Below, piece by piece: positions 9,546 to 19,739 of a DNA stretch of 59,320 nucleotides. Below the pieces are notes generated by a model, which saw only the letters and a program-made list of their open reading frames with translations, made no database searches and was not told the origin of the DNA. The stretch comes from Acutalibacteraceae bacterium. Lineage in GTDB: Bacteria > Bacillota > Clostridia > Oscillospirales > Acutalibacteraceae. Location: NCBI GenBank assembly GCA_045587065.1, contig JAZNBQ010000044.1:1-59320 (forward strand). Reading direction: 5' to 3'. How positions within the stretch are numbered: position 1 is the stretch's first letter; each line of letters opens with the position of its first letter. The position numbers were made by a program, and so were the translations under genes.

Positions 9546-10520
9546 ATGGGCTACAAACATTTAAAATTTCCCCAAAACAGTGTGTTTTTGGTAACAGGCG
9601 CCGCAGGATTTATTGGTTCAAACCTCTGCGAAGCAATACTTAATTTGGGTTATAAGGTAAAGGCTCTTGACGACCTTTCCACAGGCAAACAGAAAAACGT
9701 TGATATGTTTGCAGATAATCCAAACTATACCTTTATAAAGGGAGATATAAAAGACCTTGATACCTGTATTAAGGCCTGCCAGGGTGTAGACTTTGTTCTT
9801 AACCAAGCGGCTTGGGGCAGTGTGCCTCGTTCAATAGAGATGCCCCTTTTCTATTGCAAAAACAATATTGAGGGCACCCTTAATATGATGGAAGCGGCGC
9901 GAATTAACGGAGTTAAAAAGTTTGTCTATGCTTCAAGTTCTTCTGTTTACGGAGACGAGCCAAATCTTCCTAAAACCGAGGGCAGAGAGGGTAACCTCCT
10001 TTCTCCATACGCACTTACTAAACGCTGCGATGAGGAATGGGGAAAACTTTACACCAAGCTTTACGGACTTGATACCTATGGTATGCGTTATTTTAATGTT
10101 TTCGGACGCCGACAGGACCCTGACGGAGCTTATGCCGCAGTTATTCCCAAGTTTTTAAAGCAGTTAATTAACGGCGAGACTCCAACTATTAATGGCGACG
10201 GAAAACAGTCCAGAGATTTTACCTATATAGATAACGTAATAGAGGCAAACCTTAAAGCTTGTCTTGCGCCAAGGGAGGCGGCAGGAGAAGCCTTTAACAT
10301 AGCCTATGGCGGACGTGAATATTTAATAGATATATATTACGGTCTTACAAAAGCATTAGGACTTGACGTTGAGCCTAACTTCGGCCCAGACCGCAAAGGC
10401 GATATCAAGCATTCCAACGCAGACATCTCAAAGGCAAAAAGACTTTTGGGCTATGACCCCGATTATAGTTTTGCTGATGGAATTAAATTGGCTATAGAGT
10501 GGTATAAGGAGAACTTATAA
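9546..10520 (+). CDS. wbpP: UDP-GlcNAc(A) C4-epimerase, TviC/WbpP type (SDR)
   Basis: VTGAAGFIGSNL, SPYALTK (YxxxK), RYFNVFGRRQDPDGAYAAVIPKF. It is collinear with my recollection of WbpP along its whole length. Confidence 0.85.
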   Translation: MGYKHLKFPQNSVFLVTGAAGFIGSNLCEAILNLGYKVKALDDLSTGKQKNVDMFADNPNYTFIKGDIKDLDTCIKACQGVDFVLNQAAWGSVPRSIEMPLFYCKNNIEGTLNMMEAARINGVKKFVYASSSSVYGDEPNLPKTEGREGNLLSPYALTKRCDEEWGKLYTKLYGLDTYGMRYFNVFGRRQDPDGAYAAVIPKFLKQLINGETPTINGDGKQSRDFTYIDNVIEANLKACLAPREAAGEAFNIAYGGREYLIDIYYGLTKALGLDVEPNFGPDRKGDIKHSNADISKAKRLLGYDPDYSFADGIKLAIEWYKENL

Positions 10521-10523
10521 TTA

Positions 10524-11417
10524 ATGATAAATTTTAAGAAGATTTTAGGGGCAGATTTTAGAAGGAAAATGAGATATGTTTTATCTTTTTTGCCGGATAA
10601 AATGTTTTTACAAATTCATTATTTTCTTACGGTTGGTAAGTTTATCAACTTTAAAAACCCTAAAGGCTTTAATGAAAAATTACAGTGGTTAAAGATAAAT
10701 GACAAAAAAGCAGAATATACAAAACTTGTTGATAAACTTGCTGTTCGCGAACATATAAAAGAAGTTTTGGGTGAGGAGTTTTTATTTCCGCTTTTGGGTG
10801 CTTGGGAGTCTTTTGATGATATTGATTTTGACGCTTTGCCTAATAAATTTGTTTTAAAGTGTAATCACGATTCGGGAAGCACAAAGGTAATTACCAATAA
10901 AGAATCTTTAAGTCAGGAAGATTTAATAAAATTAAAAGAACATTTTTCCATTAGGTTAAAACGCGAATATTTCTTTGCCGGACGTGAATATCCTTATAAA
11001 AACATAAAATCTTATATAATTGCAGAACAGTTTATGGTTGATGAATCTGCACCGGAAAAGAGCATAGAGGACTATAAATTCTTCTGCTTCAATGGCGAAC
11101 CTAAAGTGATGTTTGTGGCTACTGACAGAAATATAGATGTTAAGTTTGATTTCTTCGATATGGAGTTTAACCATCTTGATATAGTAAACATTCATCCTCA
11201 GTCAGGAAAAGAAATTAAAAAGCCTGAAAAGTTTGAAGAAATGAAAGAAATTGCTGCAAAACTGTCTAAAGGTATGAGACAGGTAAGAATAGACCTTTAT
11301 GAGCTGAATGGGAAAATTTATTTTGGCGAATATACCTTCTTCCATGGAGGCGGGTTTAGCCTTTTCTACCCAGAAAAATGGGAAAGAACCCTTGGCGACT
11401 GGATTGATTTAACATAG
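10524..11417 (+). CDS. TupA-like ATP-grasp amidoligase
   Basis: KLQWLKINDK...LAVREHIKE...KFVLKCNHDSGS...EDYKFFCFNGEPKVMFV...GEYTFFHGGG, the pattern of the TupA-type ATP-grasp family found in capsule loci. Confidence 0.75.
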   Translation: MINFKKILGADFRRKMRYVLSFLPDKMFLQIHYFLTVGKFINFKNPKGFNEKLQWLKINDKKAEYTKLVDKLAVREHIKEVLGEEFLFPLLGAWESFDDIDFDALPNKFVLKCNHDSGSTKVITNKESLSQEDLIKLKEHFSIRLKREYFFAGREYPYKNIKSYIIAEQFMVDESAPEKSIEDYKFFCFNGEPKVMFVATDRNIDVKFDFFDMEFNHLDIVNIHPQSGKEIKKPEKFEEMKEIAAKLSKGMRQVRIDLYELNGKIYFGEYTFFHGGGFSLFYPEKWERTLGDWIDLT

Positions 11418-11450
11418 AACGAAACGTTTTAAAAGGATGTTTTTGTAAAA

Positions 11451-12587
11451 ATGAAGAAATTGTACAACAGGTTTTTAAATTTTGCCGAGAAAATACCTTT
11501 AAAAATGGAAATTTTTAAAACCTTTATAGCTGAATGGTTTGCAATTTTAAGAAAAAAACCATTATATAAAAATGTTAAGTGGACAAAGCAACAACAAAAA
11601 GAATTTGATGAGTTTTGGAAGAAAAATTACGCCAAAAAGATATCAAATCGTTGGCATAAACTTTATGAAGCATCAAACGGTGTACACCGAGTTGACTATT
11701 TGCCGGAAATAATATACTCCACTAAAATTGAACCTAAGTTTAATAATTATGCCTATAGCAAAGTTTATGCTGATAAAAATTTAAATGAGTTGTTTTTTAA
11801 CAATAAAGCTGAAGGGGTTAGAACGCCAAAATGCTATTTGTCTAATATGCATGGAAGGTTCTATGATGAAAACAGGCATTTGATTTCAAAGGAAAAGGCG
11901 TTAGAACTTTTTTCCAACATAGGCGAGGCGGTAATTAAACCAACGGTAGACTCAAGTTCCGGAAAAAATGTTATTATAGTTAATATGAAGAATGGAATTA
12001 ACGAAAGAAACGGAACTCTTGCTGAAGATATCGTTAATGATTTTTCAAAGAACTTTATTGTTCAAGAAAAAATTTGTCCAAGCAAAGAATTATCAACACT
12101 TTACCCCACAGCTATTAATACTATTCGTACAATCTCTTACATTGTTGGCGAAACAATACATATTGCGCCAATTTCCCTGAGAATTGGCGGTGGCGGAGGA
12201 GAAGTTGATAATATTCACGCCGGAGGCATGTCAATTGCTGTTGACAATAATGGAAACCTCTCAAAATACGCGTATAGGCTTGGTTATGGTGATTCTTTTG
12301 AAAAGTTTGCAGCACATCCTGATACGCAGGTGGTTTTTGAAGGGTATAAATTAAGCTTTGTTGATAAACTTATATCTACAGCAAAGCGCCTACATGAAAT
12401 GGCTGCCAACATTGGCATTATTTCTTGGGATTTTACTGTTGACAGCGAAGGGAATATCGTTGTTATTGAGGCTAATTTTAACGGTCAAAGCGTATGGTTT
12501 CCGCAAATGCTTTCCGGCAATAGTTTTTTTGGAGATAATACCGCAAGTTTACTTACTTGTATTGCACGAAAACAGAAAAGAGTGTGA
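11451..12587 (+). CDS. ATP-grasp protein of the 'sugar-transfer-associated' (alpha-L-glutamate-ligase-related) type
   Basis: IKPTVDSSSGKNV...RIGGGGGEVDNIHAGGMSIAVD...ISWDFTVDSEGNIVVIEANFNGQ, which reads as an ATP-grasp C-terminal core. Confidence 0.65.
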   Translation: MKKLYNRFLNFAEKIPLKMEIFKTFIAEWFAILRKKPLYKNVKWTKQQQKEFDEFWKKNYAKKISNRWHKLYEASNGVHRVDYLPEIIYSTKIEPKFNNYAYSKVYADKNLNELFFNNKAEGVRTPKCYLSNMHGRFYDENRHLISKEKALELFSNIGEAVIKPTVDSSSGKNVIIVNMKNGINERNGTLAEDIVNDFSKNFIVQEKICPSKELSTLYPTAINTIRTISYIVGETIHIAPISLRIGGGGGEVDNIHAGGMSIAVDNNGNLSKYAYRLGYGDSFEKFAAHPDTQVVFEGYKLSFVDKLISTAKRLHEMAANIGIISWDFTVDSEGNIVVIEANFNGQSVWFPQMLSGNSFFGDNTASLLTCIARKQKRV

Positions 12588-12590
12588 AAA

Positions 12591-13577
12591 ATGAAAAGAT
12601 TCAGCGTTATAGTACCAGTGTATAATGTTGAAAAATTCTTACCTGAATGTATTGATAGCATATTGTCGCAAACTTTTGACAATTATGAAGTTGTTTTAGT
12701 TGATGATGGGTCGCCAGATAATAGCGGACATATATGTGACGAATACGCCCTTAAACATTCTCAAATAAAGGTTGTTCATAAAGAAAATGGCGGACTTTCA
12801 GACGCACGTAATTTTGGTATAAATGCAGCCGAAGGCGAATATTTGATTTTCATCGATAGCGATGACTTTTATGATGATACAGAATTTTTTGCTAAACTTG
12901 ACAAACTTATATCAGAGTTTAATGCTGATGTTGCTGTTTATTCTATGAAGCATTTTTTTAATAATGTAAGAAATTATGTTCCATCAAAGGTTGATTTTAT
13001 CGACAATAAATGGAATTCTTTTGATAGTTACGAACAAACGATATGCGAATTGCTTCGTGAAAACAAGCTTATAATTAGCGCTTGTTCAAACGCTGTAAAG
13101 CGAGAGTTGATTTTAGATAAACAACTATTTTTCAAAAAGGGCATAGTTTCAGAAGACATCGACTGGGCTATGAGATTATATTCAAATAATCTCAGTATGG
13201 CCTTTCTTAGTGAACAACCTTACATATATCGTGCCGGGAGAGAAGGTTCTATTACCAGCACTATGAAGGAAAAGAACTTTATTGATCTTTTTGACATTAT
13301 TGCAAATTACGCTAATAAATTTTCTTCCAGTGATAACAAAGTGGAAAATTTATTATTAAATTATATTTCTTATCAGTATGTTGTTCTTTGTGGACTTATT
13401 GTACGAGCTACTAATAAAAAGTTTAAGACAGATTTTATTAAAAAGCTTATTAAGTATAAGTGGCTGATGCAATATGATATGTGTCCAAAAGTAAAGAAGG
13501 CTAAAAAAGTTTTTGCAATATTTGGACTTCGTGTAATGATTAAAGTTATGGGTTTATATATCAGATTTGGGAGATAA
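12591..13577 (+). CDS. Glycosyltransferase family 2
   Basis: FSVIVPVYNVEKFLPECIDSILSQTF...VVLVDDGSPDNS...FIDSDD (DxD). Confidence 0.9.
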   Translation: MKRFSVIVPVYNVEKFLPECIDSILSQTFDNYEVVLVDDGSPDNSGHICDEYALKHSQIKVVHKENGGLSDARNFGINAAEGEYLIFIDSDDFYDDTEFFAKLDKLISEFNADVAVYSMKHFFNNVRNYVPSKVDFIDNKWNSFDSYEQTICELLRENKLIISACSNAVKRELILDKQLFFKKGIVSEDIDWAMRLYSNNLSMAFLSEQPYIYRAGREGSITSTMKEKNFIDLFDIIANYANKFSSSDNKVENLLLNYISYQYVVLCGLIVRATNKKFKTDFIKKLIKYKWLMQYDMCPKVKKAKKVFAIFGLRVMIKVMGLYIRFGR

Positions 13578-13580
13578 TTT

Positions 13581-14879
13581 ATGAGAATTTTAGTTGTTTC
13601 GGCTACACCCTGGAACAATAATAATAGCTTTGGAATATCATATAGCAACATTTTTAAAGGTATTAATGATATGGAATTTGCGAATATTTCATTTAGCAGA
13701 ATTCTTGAACAGACAGATAGTGAAATTGTTTCTAAAAGCTTCCAAATTACCCCTAAAATGCTTGTTAAAAATCTTATTAATAAAAAAGCACATGTTGGTG
13801 TTCAGGGCTATGTTTCGATTGAAAAACAAAATGAACAAAATATTGAACAAACTACAGTTTTAAAATTTGCAAAAAAAAGAAGATGGCAGATTCTTTTTTG
13901 GGCAAGAGACTTAATTTGGAAAATCGGACGTTGGAAATCTCAGGAACTTATAGATTTTATTGACGATTTTAACCCTGATATGCTTTTTGTTCCAATATAT
14001 TTTTCCAGTTACCTTAATGATATTTTGCAATTTATAAAGGAATATACCAATGTTCCAATGATTGGATATATATCGGACGACTGCTATACATTAAGGCAAT
14101 TTTCCTTGTCCCCTCTTTATTGGATTGACAGACTTTATAAACGTCGCAAGGTAAGAAAGAGTATAGAACAGTGTGAGCTTTTATATGTAATTTCCGATAT
14201 ACAAAAGGAGGAGTATGAAAAAATATTTACTCCGCCTTGCAAAATTTTAACCAAGTGTGCGGATTTTAGCGGAGAAGCGCCCCTGAGCAATATATCAGAG
14301 GATGAACTTCACCTTGTTTATGCCGGCAACATAAGCAAAGGCAGAGGGGAATCCCTTTCTTATATTACCGAAGCGGTTGAGGCTTTAAACAAAGAAGGAA
14401 AAAACATAAAGTTTGACATATATAGCGGCACACCTTTAACAAAAAAACTTAACGAATCTTTAAATCGACAGGGAAGCGCTTTTCGCGGCAGAGTATCTTA
14501 CGAAGAGGTAAGAGAGTCTGAAAAAAACGCAGATATTGTAATACATGTTGAGGGACTGTCTTTAAAAGAACGTTTAGCGGTTCACCAGTCTTTTTCAACA
14601 AAGCTTGTTGACTTTTTTGAAATGGGCAAATGTATCTTTGCGGTGGGCTCTTATGATGAAGCATTTGCAAAGCATCTTATAGACAACGATGCGGCGGTTG
14701 TTGCAACACGCAGAGAAGAAGTTTATAGTAAACTAAAAAATCTTATAGAAAACAAAGAACTTATTCGTCTATATGGCAAAAAAGCTTATGAATGTGGCAG
14801 ACGTCATCACGAAAAAACAAAAATCAAAAAGATGTTGCACGATGATATTGTTTGTGCAATTGAATCTAAAATAAAGTAA
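13581..14879 (+). CDS. Putative GT-B glycosyltransferase (divergent)
   Basis: N-terminal MRILVVSATPW and C-terminal LVYAGN...HVEGLS...STKLVDFFEMGKCIFAVG resemble GT4-like folds. There are no strong motifs. Confidence 0.5.
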   Translation: MRILVVSATPWNNNNSFGISYSNIFKGINDMEFANISFSRILEQTDSEIVSKSFQITPKMLVKNLINKKAHVGVQGYVSIEKQNEQNIEQTTVLKFAKKRRWQILFWARDLIWKIGRWKSQELIDFIDDFNPDMLFVPIYFSSYLNDILQFIKEYTNVPMIGYISDDCYTLRQFSLSPLYWIDRLYKRRKVRKSIEQCELLYVISDIQKEEYEKIFTPPCKILTKCADFSGEAPLSNISEDELHLVYAGNISKGRGESLSYITEAVEALNKEGKNIKFDIYSGTPLTKKLNESLNRQGSAFRGRVSYEEVRESEKNADIVIHVEGLSLKERLAVHQSFSTKLVDFFEMGKCIFAVGSYDEAFAKHLIDNDAAVVATRREEVYSKLKNLIENKELIRLYGKKAYECGRRHHEKTKIKKMLHDDIVCAIESKIK

Positions 14880-14916
14880 ACAGAAAAATTTAAATTAAGT
14901 GAGGGGAGGGTGTCCG

Positions 14917-15960
14917 ATGCTTTATGCATGTATAGCGCTTATACTTTTTGCAGGAGTTGTTTTTTCTCAAAGAAATAAAGTTAGTGGCAAAGCCGCTTTT
15001 GTAATTTTTGCTTTTGCTGTCTTATTCTTATATTCTGCCCTTAGAGACCCCTCTCTTTCGGGTGACCTAAAAAGTTATGTATCAAGGTTTGATGTCTATT
15101 CTTCGTATAGTTTTAATCAAATTATTTCGCTGTATGATAGAGGTATTAAGAGCCCAACGTATCACGTATTAGGCTGGCTTTTCAGTAGAGTGTTTCCTTA
15201 CAGTCAGGCGTGGGTAGCGTTCCTTGCAGCGATTTACCTTATAGTCGTTTCTGTTATAATTTTTACTGAGTCAGAAAAACCCGTCTTGAGTTATATTATG
15301 TTTTTGTCCTTGGGCTTTTTCGCTTTCAGCCTTACTGGAATGAGACAGACTGTTGCAATGGCTATTACAACACTGGCTTTTTATGCCATTAGAGATCGAA
15401 AGCCCATTAGATTTGTTTTGCTCGTTTTATTTGCTTCACTTTTTCACGCCTCTGCTATAATTTTTATTATAATTTACCCATTGGCCAGAAGAAAACTAGG
15501 GCTTTTGCATCTGGCCATAGTTGGTGGTATGTTTGCGCTTTTCTTTTTCGGACAGTCTTTAGTCAGAGAATGGATTGCCCTTGCTTTTGAGGACAGTTAT
15601 TTGGCAGAATATGCAGAGCATGAGGTGGCTTTATCAGTTTCGGGATTTGTAATACAAGCTGTTATGTTTGTGTTTGCGTTAAGTTATTATAGAAGGGTTA
15701 TTGCGAAAAACGACAACGCTATAATCTTATTTAATTTATGTTTTATAGGTCTTATGTTCCAATTGTTTTCCTCTATGGTGGCAGAGGCTTTTCGTGTGAG
15801 TATGTATTTCTCTTTCTTTAATATTTTATTAATTCCGCTATGTATAAATGCAGAGAAAGATTATCAGATAAAGGCTTATGAAACGGTGTTTATTCCAATA
15901 ATCTTTATTCTATATCTTGTAACCAAAGGCTTACCAGAGTATCAGTTCTTTTGGTTGTAA
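14917..15960 (+). CDS. EpsG-family membrane protein / Wzy-type repeat-unit polymerase
   Basis: ATG 14917 after GAGGGGAGGG. About 10 or more TM segments, with the TGMRQTVAMAI loop typical of EpsG/O-antigen polymerases. Confidence 0.7.
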   Translation: MLYACIALILFAGVVFSQRNKVSGKAAFVIFAFAVLFLYSALRDPSLSGDLKSYVSRFDVYSSYSFNQIISLYDRGIKSPTYHVLGWLFSRVFPYSQAWVAFLAAIYLIVVSVIIFTESEKPVLSYIMFLSLGFFAFSLTGMRQTVAMAITTLAFYAIRDRKPIRFVLLVLFASLFHASAIIFIIIYPLARRKLGLLHLAIVGGMFALFFFGQSLVREWIALAFEDSYLAEYAEHEVALSVSGFVIQAVMFVFALSYYRRVIAKNDNAIILFNLCFIGLMFQLFSSMVAEAFRVSMYFSFFNILLIPLCINAEKDYQIKAYETVFIPIIFILYLVTKGLPEYQFFWL

Positions 15961-15984
15961 ATGTTTGTATAAAGGAGCACTAAC

Positions 15985-17202
15985 TTGAAGATTCTACAAA
16001 TAAATGCGGTGAATGTCGTTGCTTCAACAGGGCGGACTTGTCAGGAGATGGCAGTGCTTTTAAGAGAGCACGGACACGACTCTGTAACAGCATATTCTAA
16101 AGGGCTTTCAGATAATGCAGAAAAAGAATTTTTTATTGGAAATAGCTATGATATAAAATTCCATGGATTGCTTTCAAGAATTAGCGGGAAACAGGGCTAT
16201 TTTTCCTGCCTTGTTACAAAAAAACTTTTAAATTTTACGGATGAATATGAGCCAGATGTAGTGGTGCTAAGAAATCTTCACGCAAACTACATAAATTTAC
16301 CAATGCTACTTAAATATCTTGCAAAAAAAGATATTGCTACAGTCGTGGTTTTGCATGATTGTTGGTTTTACACAGGAAAGTGTTGTCACTATACCATACA
16401 GGGATGTTACAAATGGCAGGAACAGTGCGGAAATTGTCCTCAGCTTAATAAATACAATAAAAGTTGGTTTTTTGATAAAACAAAAGAAATGCTAAAAGAC
16501 AAAAAAGAGCTGTTTTCAGCAATTCCTCGACTTGCGGTTGTTGGTGTTTCTGAATGGATAACCAACGAAGCAAGAAAAGCACCTGTTTTCAGTAATGCTA
16601 AAGTTTTTAAAAGAATTTATAATTGGATTGACACAGAAAAATTTTCGCCTAAAGATACAGAAAAGCTTCGGGAAAAATTAGGCCTTAAGGACAAAAAGGT
16701 GATTTTATCGGTTGCAAGCGGTTGGAATAAAGAAAAAGGAATTGACACAGTTCTGAAAATCGCAAAAGACCTGAAAGAAGATGAAAAATATCTGCTTGTT
16801 GGTAATGTGGGAAACATTGATTTGCCTGAAAACATGTTGCATATCCCTACGACAAGTTCTATTGAAGAGTTAGTTCAGTATTATTCTTTGGCTGATGTTT
16901 TTGTCCAGCCCTCTCTTGAGGAAACTTTTGGCAAAGTAACGGCAGAGGCGCTTTCTTGCGGAACCCCTGTTGTTTGCTTTAATTCTACTGCTAATCCGGA
17001 GCTTGTCGGAGAGGCTTGTGGAGCAGTAGCAGAGGTTGGAAATTTGGAAAATATGCTCTTAAAAATAAGGCAAATTTTATCTGCAAACAAGCAAAAATAT
17101 TCGCAAGAATGCAGAAAATTTGCAAAACTAAGTTTTGATAAACAAAAAAATTTACAGGAATATGAGGCGCTTTGCAAAAAGCTTTTAAATTATAAATTCT
17201 GA
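15985..17202 (+). CDS. Glycosyltransferase family 4
   Basis: TTG start after AAGGAG. VFVQPSLEETFGKVTAEALSCGTPVVCF matches the E-x7-E signature. Confidence 0.85.
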   Translation: MKILQINAVNVVASTGRTCQEMAVLLREHGHDSVTAYSKGLSDNAEKEFFIGNSYDIKFHGLLSRISGKQGYFSCLVTKKLLNFTDEYEPDVVVLRNLHANYINLPMLLKYLAKKDIATVVVLHDCWFYTGKCCHYTIQGCYKWQEQCGNCPQLNKYNKSWFFDKTKEMLKDKKELFSAIPRLAVVGVSEWITNEARKAPVFSNAKVFKRIYNWIDTEKFSPKDTEKLREKLGLKDKKVILSVASGWNKEKGIDTVLKIAKDLKEDEKYLLVGNVGNIDLPENMLHIPTTSSIEELVQYYSLADVFVQPSLEETFGKVTAEALSCGTPVVCFNSTANPELVGEACGAVAEVGNLENMLLKIRQILSANKQKYSQECRKFAKLSFDKQKNLQEYEALCKKLLNYKF

Positions 17203-17216
17203 AAGGAAATTTTATC

Positions 17217-18329
17217 GTGAAATATCTTGCTTTTTACGACACGGATAGCAACAAAGCAGAGAACAGAAAGTATGTATTGGCTGCTACAAATAAGTTAAGC
17301 TATATGTTTGAAGCTATGCATAAAGCGGACCTGGATTTTGAAGTAATATCTGCAAGCGGAACTCTTAATAAGGGACCGGTTAGTTCCAAAAAAGCAACTC
17401 TTTTTGAGGGTGTAAGCCTTTGGCTGCCTGCTTCCTTAGGTGTTTGTTGGAAGCCTTTGTGTGTGTTGGAGCGCACATTTATTAAAACGCAATTGCTTAT
17501 AAAACTTCTAAAAATGAAAAAAGGTGAAACCCTTGTTGTATATCATTCGCTTTATTATATGAACCTTGTTAAGTTAATAAAACGGATAAAGAATATCAGG
17601 CTTGTATTAGAGGTTGAAGAAATATACGGTGATGTAATAGAAAAAGATAAGGTTTCAAAAAAAGAGTATGACTTTTGTAAGCTTGCCGATGCGTATATTT
17701 TTCCAACAGCATTGCTTGATGAAAAAATCAATACTGAAAAGAAACCCAGCGTTATAATTCACGGAACTTATAGAGTAGAGGAAATCCTTGCAGACAAATT
17801 CAGTGACGGAAAAACACATATAGTATATGCAGGCACCCTTGACCCCAGAAAGGGCGGAACGGTGGCAGTAGCAACAGGCGAGTTTCTGGACCGAGGATAC
17901 CATATTCATATATTAGGGTTTGGAAACGAAAGCGATAAAGAAACGTTGTTAAAAGAAATTCAAAGAGTTTCAAAACTCTCTGAATGCAAAGTAACGTTTG
18001 ATGGTCTTTTATCGGGCGAGGACTATATTAGGTTTATTCAAAGTTGTCATATTGGGCTAAGCCCCCAAAATCCAAATGCAAAATTCAATGGCACTTCTTT
18101 TCCTTCAAAAATACTTTCATATATGGCAAATGGGTTAAGAGTAGTAAGCGTAAGAATCCCTGCGATAGAAACCTCAGCAATCGGCAAATATATATGTTAT
18201 TATGATGAACAGACTCCGGAGAAAATTGCAGAAGCAATAAAAGCACATAAAAACAATGATTTAAGATTTATAATAAGCAAGCTCGACCAAGATTTTCAAA
18301 AAGATGTGAAAAATATGCTAAAAGATTAA
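17217..18329 (+). CDS. Putative GT-B glycosyltransferase
   Basis: GTG start after GAAAGGAA. HIVYAGTLDPRKGG and FPSKILSYMANGLRVVS resemble the GT1/GT4 C-terminal domain. Confidence 0.5.
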   Translation: MKYLAFYDTDSNKAENRKYVLAATNKLSYMFEAMHKADLDFEVISASGTLNKGPVSSKKATLFEGVSLWLPASLGVCWKPLCVLERTFIKTQLLIKLLKMKKGETLVVYHSLYYMNLVKLIKRIKNIRLVLEVEEIYGDVIEKDKVSKKEYDFCKLADAYIFPTALLDEKINTEKKPSVIIHGTYRVEEILADKFSDGKTHIVYAGTLDPRKGGTVAVATGEFLDRGYHIHILGFGNESDKETLLKEIQRVSKLSECKVTFDGLLSGEDYIRFIQSCHIGLSPQNPNAKFNGTSFPSKILSYMANGLRVVSVRIPAIETSAIGKYICYYDEQTPEKIAEAIKAHKNNDLRFIISKLDQDFQKDVKNMLKD

Positions 18330-18541
18330 TGCATAAAATTTAGTATAATAATGCCAGAATTTTCACTATAGAAACAATAGTTGCAAGTGAGCATTCGTGT
18401 TACTATGAAGAAGAATCTTGTAAAAATAGCCGAAGCGACAGAACACATCAATATTATCGAGAATTATCATAGTAGAATTATAATTTTAGGGCCAGACAAA
18501 AAAGTTCGTTCAAAACATTAATGAAATATTAGGAGAAGAGA

Positions 18542-19705
18542 ATGAAAAAAATCGGTTTAATTACTCACTATGGAGAAAATTACGGTGGTATGCTTCAAGC
18601 ATATGCGTTACAGAGGTGTGTAAAAGAGGAAGGATATGATTGTCATATAATTTCCAATGATTTTCTGTATCAAAAAGCACCTGTAAGCAAAATTAAACGT
18701 TTAAAAAACAAACTGAAAAAGATTATTAAAAACCCAATTAGTTCTGTTAAAAGAAGCAGGGCAATGCACTTGTATGATGAAGAAAAAAAACTTAGAAGTG
18801 CAAGGTTTAGGGAGTTTGCTTCTAAAAATTTAGTTGTTGACCAAACCGGTTATACTTGTTATGAGCAATATGTGGAGGCACCACCTGAGTATGACGTTTA
18901 TCTTTGCGGCAGCGACCAAATATGGAATCCTAACCTGTATAATAAAAATGGTTTTTGCTTTGCCGGATTTGCGCCTGAAGAATCTGTAAAAATATCTTAC
19001 GCTTCCAGCTTAGGAGTTTCATCTGTTACCGAGCAACAAGCAGCCTTTATGAAGCCTTATCTTCAAAGATTGGATGTAATTTCTACCAGAGAAAGCGAAG
19101 GTTCAAAAATAGTTGAGGATTTGACCGGCAAACCGGTACGAACAGTCTTGGACCCAACGCTTCTTCTTAATGCAGAGCAGTGGGATGATGTGGCGGCAAA
19201 GCCGTTAATAAATCAACCATACGTTTTTTGTTATCTGTTTGGCGAAAGAGATTATATAGCAAGAGTAAAAAAGCAAATAAAAGAACTTACCGGTATGGAG
19301 ACGGTTTGTCTGCCGTATGTTGCACGCGAGATGGCGGGTGACGATGTAAAGATATTTGATGCGGGTCCGGCAGAATTTGTGAGTCTTATAAAAAACGCTG
19401 CACTTGTTGTTACAGACTCTTTTCATGCGACCGCGTTTTCAGTTAACCTTAAAACACCATTTATTTCTTTGTGTCGTTTTTCAAAAAATGATGCAATAAG
19501 CATGAATTCCCGTATGACAACAATTCTTGGAACAGTAGGTTTAATGGACAGACTTATAGATGAAGAAGACGAGATAACAAAAGATATGCTTTTTAATATC
19601 GATTTTGAAAAGGCTCATGAATTGTTAAGAGCAAGAAGAGAAGAGGATATTGACTTTCTTAAAAACGCTATTGAGTATGAGCGAAAGAAAGAGAATAAAA
19701 ACTAA
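18542..19705 (+). CDS. Polysaccharide pyruvyl transferase family protein (CsaB/WcaK type)
   Basis: KIGLITHYGENYGGMLQAYAL, CGSDQIWNP, VVTDSFHATAFS: characteristic pyruvyl transferase motifs. RBS is AGGAGAAGAG. Confidence 0.8.
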   Translation: MKKIGLITHYGENYGGMLQAYALQRCVKEEGYDCHIISNDFLYQKAPVSKIKRLKNKLKKIIKNPISSVKRSRAMHLYDEEKKLRSARFREFASKNLVVDQTGYTCYEQYVEAPPEYDVYLCGSDQIWNPNLYNKNGFCFAGFAPEESVKISYASSLGVSSVTEQQAAFMKPYLQRLDVISTRESEGSKIVEDLTGKPVRTVLDPTLLLNAEQWDDVAAKPLINQPYVFCYLFGERDYIARVKKQIKELTGMETVCLPYVAREMAGDDVKIFDAGPAEFVSLIKNAALVVTDSFHATAFSVNLKTPFISLCRFSKNDAISMNSRMTTILGTVGLMDRLIDEEDEITKDMLFNIDFEKAHELLRARREEDIDFLKNAIEYERKKENKN

Positions 19706-19739
19706 TTATTCAAATTTAAATTAATATTAGGGGTGTTTT

